A stretch of 32,936 nt of DNA from Pseudomonadota bacterium (GTDB taxonomy: Bacteria > Pseudomonadota > Alphaproteobacteria > Caulobacterales > Caulobacteraceae). Numbering within the stretch: the first letter of the stretch is position 1; the number at the start of each line of letters is the position of its first letter. Both the position numbers and the translations under genes were made by a program. The notes below the pieces were generated by a model, which saw only the letters and a list, made by a program, of their open reading frames with translations, was not told the origin of the DNA and did not search any database. Location of the stretch: positions 1-32,936 of the forward strand of contig JAZKFM010000156.1 in the NCBI GenBank assembly GCA_040386415.1, given 5' to 3'. Shown here in pieces: positions 19,561 through 27,368 of the stretch.

Positions 19561-21273
19561 GTGAACACCGCATCCGATCTGGGATTGGCCAAGACCATGC
19601 TTGCGCGCCGCAACGGCCTGCGCACCCGCATGATGTTCGCCGCCATCTACGCCGTGGCCTTCGCCCCCGTGGCCGGCTTCGGTCCGTCAGCCGCGTGGAT
19701 ATCTGTCTACAGCCTGCTGCAGGCCTGCGAATACTATCTCTTCGCCTCCGAGCGCGCCCGCGCCAGGCCCGTGCGCGGCAACCTGGCGCTGGCCATGCTG
19801 GCGTTGAACTCGGTGGTCTATGGCTCGCTGGCGGTGCTGGCCATCCTCAGCAAGGGCTCCTGGGGCCTGACCTGCGGCGGGCTGTTCCTGGCCGGCGCGG
19901 TGCTCAACACCGTGGTCACCAACCAGCGGTCCCAGGCGGCCTATATCGCCTCCATGACTCCCTTCGGCGTCTACCTGCTGATCACCGCGGCCCTGGCCTG
20001 GATGATCAGCGGAACCTCCACCTATGGGGTGGCGGTGGGTATCGTGGGCGTGCTGCTGGTCTTCTCCTCCACCATCCTCTGGCGCGCCGCGGCCGACGGC
20101 ATCGAGAGCCAGCGCCGGGCGCGCGAGGAGGCCGAGCGGGGGCGCACCGCCGCCGAGGCCGCCGGCGACGCCAAGTCGGCCTTCATCGCCATGGTCAGCC
20201 ACGAGCTGCGCACCCCCATCAGCGCCATCCTGGCCGGCGCCGAGGCCATCGAGCGCCGGGGCGGCAAGGACGCCAGCGACGGCGCCCTGATCGCCGAGAG
20301 CGGCCGCATGATGCGCACCCTGCTCAACGACCTGCTGGACCTGTCGAAGATGGAGGCGGGGCGGATGAGCGTGGAGACCATCGCCTTCGACCTGTCGGCC
20401 CTGGTGGCCGACACCACCGCCTTCTGGCGGGCGGAGGCGGAGAAGAAGGGCCTGGTCCTGGACCGGCTGGGGGACGAGCTGCTGCCCACGGCGGTGGCCG
20501 GCGACCCGACCCGCCTGCGGCAGATCCTCAACAACCTGATCTCCAACGCCATCAAGTTCACGCCGGCCGGCGCCGTGATCCTGGCCGTCACGGGCCGGGG
20601 CGAGGCCTTCGAATTCTCGGTGACAGACACCGGGCGCGGCATGACGCCCGATGAGCTGTCGCGCCTGTTCGCCCCCTTCGAGCAGGGCCAGGTCTCCACC
20701 GCCCGCACCCACGGCGGCACCGGCCTGGGCCTGTCCATCAGCCGCGAGCTGGCCCGCCTGATGGGGGGTGATCTCACCGCCGCCAGCGAGGCCGGCAAGG
20801 GCGCGGTCTTCACCCTGTCCATCGACCTTCCCGACGCCGCCGATGCGGCCGCCCCCGACCTGGCCGACGTGACCGAGGTGCGGGTGCTGGTGGTGGACGA
20901 TCATGAGATCAACCGCCGCGCCGTGGCCCTGATGCTGGAGCCCTTCGGGGTGGAGCTCACCGCCGCGGCCTCGGCCGCCGAGGGGCTAGAGATCGCCGCG
21001 ACCCAGCCCTTCGATGTCATCCTGATGGACGTGTACATGCCGGAGATGGACGGCCGCGAGGCCTGCCGCCGCCTGCGCGGCGCCCCGGGACCCAACCGGT
21101 TCACCCCGGTGGTGGCCTGCACCGCCTCGGGCAGCGACCAGGACTGGGCCGACTGCGTGGCGGCCGGCATGACCGACCACGTGGCCAAGCCGATCGACCC
21201 CGGGGCGCTAAGTGCGGCCATCGCGCGGGTGCTGGCGAGGTCGGAGGAGTCGGCGGACTCGGCGGTGGCCTAG
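19561..21273 (+). CDS. Membrane-bound hybrid histidine kinase/receiver
   Basis: TM helices; SHELRTP H-box; NLISNAIKFT, DTGRG, GGTGLGL; receiver VLVVDD..ILMDVYMPEMDG; start uncertain (19492/19561/19597). Confidence 0.9.
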   Translation: MNTASDLGLAKTMLARRNGLRTRMMFAAIYAVAFAPVAGFGPSAAWISVYSLLQACEYYLFASERARARPVRGNLALAMLALNSVVYGSLAVLAILSKGSWGLTCGGLFLAGAVLNTVVTNQRSQAAYIASMTPFGVYLLITAALAWMISGTSTYGVAVGIVGVLLVFSSTILWRAAADGIESQRRAREEAERGRTAAEAAGDAKSAFIAMVSHELRTPISAILAGAEAIERRGGKDASDGALIAESGRMMRTLLNDLLDLSKMEAGRMSVETIAFDLSALVADTTAFWRAEAEKKGLVLDRLGDELLPTAVAGDPTRLRQILNNLISNAIKFTPAGAVILAVTGRGEAFEFSVTDTGRGMTPDELSRLFAPFEQGQVSTARTHGGTGLGLSISRELARLMGGDLTAASEAGKGAVFTLSIDLPDAADAAAPDLADVTEVRVLVVDDHEINRRAVALMLEPFGVELTAAASAAEGLEIAATQPFDVILMDVYMPEMDGREACRRLRGAPGPNRFTPVVACTASGSDQDWADCVAAGMTDHVAKPIDPGALSAAIARVLARSEESADSAVA

Positions 21274-21420
21274 CCCCCTCCGTCACGCGCTGACGCGCGC
21301 GCCACCTCCCCCGATACGGCCAGCGGCCTGGGGGAGGAATTCCTGGTTCCTCCCCCAGCGCGAAGCGCGACCCGGGGGAGGTGGATCGGCGCGAGCAGCG
21401 CCGAGACGGAGGGGGCTAGG
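21269..21420. repeat. Structured palindromic intergenic repeat, family B copy 2
   Basis: Perfect 16-bp terminal IR cctagccccctccgtc/gacggagggggctagg containing the stop codons of both flanking genes. Confidence 0.92.
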
Positions 21421-21832
21421 GCCTCTCCGCCAGCAACCGCTCCAGCCGCGCCCTCAGCACCGCGTCGTCCTTCAGGTCGCACTCCCAGATGGTCTCCACC
21501 CGCCAGCCCAGGGCCGCCAGGGCCGCGCGCGAAGCTGCGTCCCGCGCCCGGTTGCGGTCGACCTTGGCCACCCAGTAGTCGCGATTGGCCTTGGGAACCC
21601 GGGCGCCGCGCGCGCAGTCGTGGCCGTGCCAGAAGCAGCCGTGGACGAAGATCGCCAGCCGGCGCCCCGGCAAGACGATGTCCGGCGAGCCCGGCAGATC
21701 CTTGCGGTGCAGGCGGTAGCGGGCGCCGAGCGGGGTCAGGGCCTTGCGCACCTTGAGTTCCGGGGAGGTGTTCTTCCCCTTCACCCGGGCCATCACCGCC
21801 GAGCGTTTCTCCGGACCGTAGACATCGGTCAC
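21416..21832 (-). CDS. vsr: Very short patch repair endonuclease
   Basis: RSAVMARVKGKNTSPE, DLPGSPDIV, IFVHGCFWHGH, IWECDL. Confidence 0.95.
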   Translation of the reverse strand: MTDVYGPEKRSAVMARVKGKNTSPELKVRKALTPLGARYRLHRKDLPGSPDIVLPGRRLAIFVHGCFWHGHDCARGARVPKANRDYWVAKVDRNRARDAASRAALAALGWRVETIWECDLKDDAVLRARLERLLAERP

Positions 21833-21847
21833 GGCCGGAAGCCGCCT

Positions 21848-21965
21848 CTAGAGCATGTCAGGCGCAAGGGGGCACCGGTTCGCCGCTCGGACATGCTCTA
21901 GTTTCAAGAAGATAGACCCTTTTGATCCGATCAGGTTGATTCAACCTGATCCGGAAAGGGTCTAG
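21848..21965. repeat. CIR-like double-hairpin intergenic repeat, copy 2, with central GANTC
   Basis: ctagagcatgtc..accggtt..gacatgctctag and tagacccttt..gatcaggttGATTCaacctgatc..aaagggtcta; includes the cysK stop. Confidence 0.88.
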
Positions 21966-22954
21966 AGCCCGTCGAACAGCGCCGTGGAGAGGTAGCGCTC
22001 GGCGAAGCTCGGGATGATCGCCACCACCGTCTTGCCCACGAAGTCGTCCCGACACGCCACGTCGAAGGCCGCCGTCAGGGCCGCGCCCGACGAGATGCCG
22101 ACGGGGATGCCTTCTTCCCGGGCCACCCGGCGGGCCATGGCGAAGCTGTCGTCATTGGACACCTGGATGATCTCGTCGATCACCCCGCGGTCGAGGATGG
22201 AGGGGACGAAGCCCGCCCCGATGCCCTGGATCTTGTGGGGTCCGGGCTTGCCGCCCGAGAGGATCGGCGAGGCCTCGGGCTCGACGGCGATCATCCGCAG
22301 GGAGGGCTTGCGGGCCTTCAGCACCTGGCCGACCCCGGTGATGGTGCCGCCGGTGCCGACCCCGGAGATCACCGCATCGACGCTGCCGGCCGTATCGTTC
22401 CAGATCTCCTCGGCGGTGGAGACCCGGTGAATGAGGGGGTTGGCGGCGTTGTCGAACTGCTGGGGCATGACCGAGCCCGGGGTGGCGTCCACCAGCTCCT
22501 TTGCGCGGGCCACCGCGCCGGCCATGCCGCGCTCGGCCGGCGTCAGCTCCAGCTTGGCGCCCAGGATCAGCAGCATCTTGCGCCGCTCGATGGACATGCT
22601 TTCGGGCATGACCAGGGTCAGCTTGTAGCCCTTCGACGCGGCCACGAAGGCGAGCGCGATGCCGGTGTTGCCGCTGGTGGGCTCGATGATGGCGCCGCCG
22701 GGCTTGAGGATGCCGCGGGCCTCCAGGCTCTCGATCATGGCCACCCCGATGCGGTCCTTCACCGAGCCGATCGGATTGAAGAACTCCAGCTTGGCCAGCA
22801 CCCGCCCCTTGGGCTTGAGGGCCTTGGTGAGGTTGGGCAGGGCCACCAGGGGGGTGTCGCCGATGGTGTCGATGATGGAGTCGTAGATCTTGCCGCGCCC
22901 GGCGCGCTTGTAGCGGGCGGCGTCATAGGCGGAGGTGTCGGCGGCGTCGGCCAT
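21962..22954 (-). CDS. cysK: Cysteine synthase A
   Basis: [45 protein letters not shown]. Confidence 0.96.
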   Translation of the reverse strand: MADAADTSAYDAARYKRAGRGKIYDSIIDTIGDTPLVALPNLTKALKPKGRVLAKLEFFNPIGSVKDRIGVAMIESLEARGILKPGGAIIEPTSGNTGIALAFVAASKGYKLTLVMPESMSIERRKMLLILGAKLELTPAERGMAGAVARAKELVDATPGSVMPQQFDNAANPLIHRVSTAEEIWNDTAGSVDAVISGVGTGGTITGVGQVLKARKPSLRMIAVEPEASPILSGGKPGPHKIQGIGAGFVPSILDRGVIDEIIQVSNDDSFAMARRVAREEGIPVGISSGAALTAAFDVACRDDFVGKTVVAIIPSFAERYLSTALFDGL

Positions 22955-23095
22955 GGGTCTGGTCTCTGAAGGGGGCTCTTTGAGGCAGACCCTACCCCCG
23001 TGGCCGGGATTTGGAAGGGAGGTCTTGGCGCGGGAGGGCGAGGTTTTCTAACAACCTCAATGTCCGTCTCCCGCGAAGGGAGAAGAACCTAGGGC

Positions 23096-24232
23096 CTATT
23101 CCGCCGCCAGCACGGCGGGCGCACGGTCCAGCAGCGGCTCCAGGATGTTGGCCGCCAGCCAGCGCACCGCCGGCGCCGCCACCCCGTCGCCGATGACGTG
23201 CAGGGCGGAGGTCGCCGCCTTGGGCAACTGATAGGTTTCCGGCAGGCCCATCAGGCGCGCGCCCTCGCGGGGGCTGAGCAGACGGGTGCGGACCTGGCCG
23301 CCATCCACCACCACCAGGGTCTGGCGCGAGGAGCCGCCGCGCGGGGTGCGCAGGCAGCCGGCCAGACCGTCGAAGCGGGCCTCCGCCCGCTGCACTCGGA
23401 CCCCGTGCTCCACCCGCATGCGGCGGAAGAGGCCGCCCACCGTGCGCTGGCCCGAGGCCTGCAGCGCCTCGAGGCGCGCGCGGTGCAGGGGCGCCATCAG
23501 GGCGATCAGGGCCTGGGTGCGGGCGGGCGTATGCCAGGCGACCGCCGTGTCCGGCTCCAGTAGGCTGGCCAGGTCGCTGTTGCGGGCGGCGGGCGCGGGG
23601 CCCCGCCACCAGATCCAGCGGGCCGCCAGCTCGGCGGGAAGCCGGGCCTGGGCCTCGCGCACCAGCCGGGTCTGGAAGGGGCTCTCGCCGGTCAGCGCCG
23701 TGGGTACGGGGGCGAGCGTCGCCACCACGAAGACCCGGGGCCGCGACTGGGGCAGGAAGCGGGCGGCGTCGATCTCCAGGGCGCCGAAGCGGTAGCCCTG
23801 GTCGGCCAGGGCCGCGCACAGCGCGGTGAAGTCGGCGCCGGACGTCAGCAGGCCGCAGACATTCTCGATGACGATGGTGCGCGGCGCCCGGCCCTGCGCG
23901 GCCAGGGCCTCCATCAGCCGCCAGAAGCCGAAGAAGGCCGAGGAGCGCCCGCCGGTCAGGCCGGCCCGCGCGCCCGCCAGGCTGAAGTCCTGGCAAGGCG
24001 ACGAGGCCCAGGCGAGGTCCGCGCGGCCGGGCAGGTCGGCCGCCTCCAGCTTCCAGACGTCTCCCTGGTGGAAATGCTCCTCCGCGTCGGCGAAGTTGGC
24101 GCGGTAGGTGGCCGACTTGACCGGATCGAAGTCGTTGGCGAAGGCGCAGGTCCAGGCCTCGCCCAGCCCCAGGCGGGCCATGCCGCCGCCGGCGAAGAAC
24201 TCATAGAAGGTGCGAGGGGCGTTCCGACTCAT
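23096..24232 (-). CDS. dcm: DNA (cytosine-5)-methyltransferase, apparently orphan
   Basis: Motif I EFFAGGG, IV SPCQDFS, VI IENV, VIII QSRPRVF, IX RLLSPREGARLMG. Confidence 0.92.
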   Translation of the reverse strand: MSRNAPRTFYEFFAGGGMARLGLGEAWTCAFANDFDPVKSATYRANFADAEEHFHQGDVWKLEAADLPGRADLAWASSPCQDFSLAGARAGLTGGRSSAFFGFWRLMEALAAQGRAPRTIVIENVCGLLTSGADFTALCAALADQGYRFGALEIDAARFLPQSRPRVFVVATLAPVPTALTGESPFQTRLVREAQARLPAELAARWIWWRGPAPAARNSDLASLLEPDTAVAWHTPARTQALIALMAPLHRARLEALQASGQRTVGGLFRRMRVEHGVRVQRAEARFDGLAGCLRTPRGGSSRQTLVVVDGGQVRTRLLSPREGARLMGLPETYQLPKAATSALHVIGDGVAAPAVRWLAANILEPLLDRAPAVLAAE

Positions 24233-24279
24233 CGCCGATGAGTCTAGCCTGCTTCAGCCCCTGGGAAAGGATCGCCGCC

Positions 24280-24750
24280 ATGCGTTCAATCGTCCTCGCC
24301 GCCTCCGCGCTGCTGGTCCTCGCCGCCTGCACGCCGCAGGCCCCCGACGGCGCCGCCGCGCCGCCCCCGGCCGATGCGCCGACAACTCCGCCGCCCGTCG
24401 CGCCTCCGGCGACATCGACCCCGCTTCCGGAGGAGTTCGCCGGCGGCATGGACGCGCGGGGCACCGAGCCGTTCTGGGGCCTGCAGATCCGCGACACCCA
24501 GATCACCCTGCAGCGTCCCGACCATCCCGCGGCCGTGGGCAAGAACGCGGGCATGACGGTGCAGAACGGCAAGGCCACCTGGGAAACCCAGGCCGGCGCC
24601 GACCGGCTGACCGTGACCCTCAGTTCCGAGGCCTGTTCCGACGGCATGTCGGACCTGAAGTACGACTACGCCGCGGTGGTGGTGATCGGATCAGAGACCC
24701 TGAAGGGCTGCGCCGGCCATGCCGGCGCGATGCCGAAAGAAGGCGGCTAG
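24280..24750 (+). CDS. COG3650-like lipoprotein
   Basis: Lipobox LVLAAC, Pro/Ala-rich linker, GTEPFW, CSDGMSD..Y, LKGC. Confidence 0.82.
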   Translation: MRSIVLAASALLVLAACTPQAPDGAAAPPPADAPTTPPPVAPPATSTPLPEEFAGGMDARGTEPFWGLQIRDTQITLQRPDHPAAVGKNAGMTVQNGKATWETQAGADRLTVTLSSEACSDGMSDLKYDYAAVVVIGSETLKGCAGHAGAMPKEGG

Positions 24751-24878
24751 CCTTCGCCGAGCGCCATGGTGGCGATCTGGGACTCGCCGACCTGTGCGCT
24801 CTCGCGACCCGTGGGCAGGGCCATGCCGATCAGGACAGCGGCGAAGGTCGCCGCGATGAAGAAGACTTTCAGCGCCAT
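24747..24878 (-). CDS. Small protein (43 aa) with N-terminal hydrophobic helix, not in ORF track
   Basis: MALKVFFIAATFAAVLIGMALPTGRESAQVGESQIATMALGEG*; GGAGG 8 nt before ATG; stop shares CTAG with the convergent gene. Confidence 0.65.
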   Translation of the reverse strand: MALKVFFIAATFAAVLIGMALPTGRESAQVGESQIATMALGEG

Positions 24879-25071
24879 GTCAGGGTCCTCCCGAACCCCA
24901 GTGGATGCCACACCTACAGCCTAGCTTGGTGGCGGTTAATGCATCGCCAAAACCCGCCGCAATTTCGCCGGTTCCCCTAACAGATCGTGAACTGCCCTGG
25001 CGGCAGCCTTGACCCCATGGGCCGCCGGGCGCCCAATTCGTCCCAACGAGAAAAGACGCAGGGAGGCCGTC

Positions 25072-26811
25072 ATGGAGCGCGCCTGGGACTTGGTGATCCG
25101 CAACGGCCGCGTGGTCGACGGCTCCGGCGGCGAGCCCTATGCGGCCGACGTGGCGATCAAGGACGGCCTGATCGCGCAGGTGGGCGAGGTCCGGGGCCGG
25201 GGCGCCCAGGAGATCGACGCCGGCGGCAAGCTGGTGACGCCGGGGTTCGTCGACATCCACACCCACTATGACGGCCAGGCCACCTGGGACAGCCACATGC
25301 AGCCTTCGGCCTGGCACGGCGTCACCACCGTGGTGATGGGCAATTGCGGGGTCGGCTTCGCCCCCTGCAAGCCCGAAGACCACGACCGGCTGATCCGGCT
25401 GATGGAGGGGGTGGAGGACATCCCCTTCCCGGTGCTGACGGAGGGTCTGCCCTGGACCTGGGAGAGCTATCCCGACTATCTCGACAGCCTGGCGGGGCGG
25501 TCCTTCGACGTTGATATCGGCAGCCAGCTGCCCCATGCGGCCCTGCGGGTCTATGTGATGGGCGAGCGCGGGGCCAATCGCGAGGACGCCACACAGGCCG
25601 ATATCGCAGCCATGGCGGCCCTGGCCCAGAAGGCGGTGGAGGCGGGCGCGCTCGGCTTCTCCACCTCGCGGACCCTGAACCACAGGACCAGCGACGGCCA
25701 GCCGACCCCGACGCTGACGGCCTCGGAGGCCGAACTCACCGGCATCGCCATGGGCCTGGCCGCGGCGGGCAAAGGGGCCCTGCAGTTCGTCTCCGACTTC
25801 AACGACCCCGCCGAGGAATTCGCCATGCTGCGGCGGATCGTCGAGGCCTCGGGGCGGCCGCTGTCCTTCTCGCTGGTTCAGAACCCCCGCCAGCCCCGGC
25901 AGTACGAGTTCCTGCTGGACCGCCTGCGCGAGGCCAATGAGGCGGGCCTGCAGATGCGGGCCCAGGTGGCGGGGCGTCCGGTGGGCATCCTGTTTGGGCT
26001 GGAGCTGACCCTCAACCCCTTCACCAGCCGGCCGAGCTACCAGGCCATCGCCAAGGCGCCCCTGGCCGAGCGGGTGGCCAGGCTCTCCGACCCCGCCTTC
26101 CGCACCCAGCTGTTCGCCGAGGGGGCGGCCGCCGATCCCGCCTTCGCCGCCAACATGACCCGCAACTGGGGGATCATGTTCCTGATGGGGGACGAACCCG
26201 ACTACGAGCAGACGCCGGACCGCACCATCGCCGCGATGTCCGCCGAGCAGGGGGTGACGCCGGAGGAACTGGCCCTGGACCACATGCTGTCGAACGGTGG
26301 GCGGGGCATGCTCTACCTGCCCTTCCTGAACTATGCTGACGGCTCCCTGGACCCCAGTTTCGAGATGCTGATCCATCCCGACACGGTGCCTGGCCTCTCG
26401 GACGGCGGGGCGCATGTGGGGATGATCTGCGACGGCAGCTTCCCCACCTCCAACCTCACCCACTGGACCCGGGACCGCACGCGCGGGCCGAAGCTGTCGC
26501 TGCCGGCCATGATCAGGATGCAGACCCGCGACACCGCGCAGGCCGTGGGCCTGTTCGACCGGGGCCTGATCGCGCCCGGCTACCGGGCTGATCTCAACAT
26601 CATCGACTATGAGCACCTGACCCTGAGATCGCCCACGGTCGCCTATGACCTGCCGGCCGGCGGTCGTCGGCTGATCCAGCGGGCGGACGGTTATCTGGCC
26701 ACCATCGTGGCGGGGGAGGTGACCTATCGCGACGGCGAACCCACCGGCGCCCTGCCCGGCCGCCTGCTGCGCGGCAGCCAGTCGGCGCCGGCGGCCCTGG
26801 CGGCGGAATAG
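25072..26811 (+). CDS. N-acyl-D-amino-acid deacylase family amidohydrolase
   Basis: [40 protein letters not shown]; GGGAGG RBS before ATG at 25072. Confidence 0.9.
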   Translation: MERAWDLVIRNGRVVDGSGGEPYAADVAIKDGLIAQVGEVRGRGAQEIDAGGKLVTPGFVDIHTHYDGQATWDSHMQPSAWHGVTTVVMGNCGVGFAPCKPEDHDRLIRLMEGVEDIPFPVLTEGLPWTWESYPDYLDSLAGRSFDVDIGSQLPHAALRVYVMGERGANREDATQADIAAMAALAQKAVEAGALGFSTSRTLNHRTSDGQPTPTLTASEAELTGIAMGLAAAGKGALQFVSDFNDPAEEFAMLRRIVEASGRPLSFSLVQNPRQPRQYEFLLDRLREANEAGLQMRAQVAGRPVGILFGLELTLNPFTSRPSYQAIAKAPLAERVARLSDPAFRTQLFAEGAAADPAFAANMTRNWGIMFLMGDEPDYEQTPDRTIAAMSAEQGVTPEELALDHMLSNGGRGMLYLPFLNYADGSLDPSFEMLIHPDTVPGLSDGGAHVGMICDGSFPTSNLTHWTRDRTRGPKLSLPAMIRMQTRDTAQAVGLFDRGLIAPGYRADLNIIDYEHLTLRSPTVAYDLPAGGRRLIQRADGYLATIVAGEVTYRDGEPTGALPGRLLRGSQSAPAALAAE

Positions 26812-26825
26812 GCTCAGAGAATGCG

Positions 26826-26840
26826 TTAGGCGTCTTTTAA
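26826..26840. promoter_or_regulatory. Near-consensus CtrA box upstream of the BLUF gene
   Basis: TTAG-gcgtctt-TTAA, one mismatch to TTAA-N7-TTAA, in an AT-rich gap. Confidence 0.45.
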
Positions 26841-26864
26841 AGCCAGTCATGCCAAGGGTTTGGC

Positions 26865-27329
26865 ATGTCGCAGGAAATTTCCAGCAGCCGTACGCTGCAC
26901 CGCCTGATCTATGCGAGCCGCCAAGCCTTCGCCGTGGACATGAACCCCGACGAGGAGATCGACGCGGTGATCGCGGCCTCGATCCGCAACAACCGGGCCG
27001 CCGCCATCACCGGCCTGCTGCTGGTCCACGACGGCTGGTTCCTACAGGCCCTGGAGGGGCCAGCCGAGGCGGTGATGGTCACCTACCAGCGCATCCTGAA
27101 CGACCCCCGCCACGCCGAGAGCCGGGTGATCTTCGCCGGCCCCGCCAGCGGCCGGGAGTTCGGCGACTGGAACATGTGCGCGCGGCGCGTCAGCGCCGCC
27201 GACAACGCCATTCTCGACACGTTGTCGCAACGCCAGGCCTTTGATCCGGCCAAGCTGACGGACCGTTCGGCCCTGCGTCTGCTGAAGGCTGTGCGCGGCA
27301 TCCAGGATCGCACCGCACTCAGCGCCTAG
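26865..27329 (+). CDS. Stand-alone BLUF blue-light sensor protein
   Basis: LIYAS, SIRNN..ITGLL, FLQALEG, DPRH, REFGDWNM; conserved Tyr/Gln/Met. Confidence 0.92.
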   Translation: MSQEISSSRTLHRLIYASRQAFAVDMNPDEEIDAVIAASIRNNRAAAITGLLLVHDGWFLQALEGPAEAVMVTYQRILNDPRHAESRVIFAGPASGREFGDWNMCARRVSAADNAILDTLSQRQAFDPAKLTDRSALRLLKAVRGIQDRTALSA

Positions 27330-27368
27330 GGTCTTCGCAGGCCTGCCGATGCAGGCCATAAGACCGCC

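Noticed and set aside
21416-24232. Type II restriction-modification or defence island
   Set aside because: No restriction endonuclease, host-like composition, and core genes interleaved
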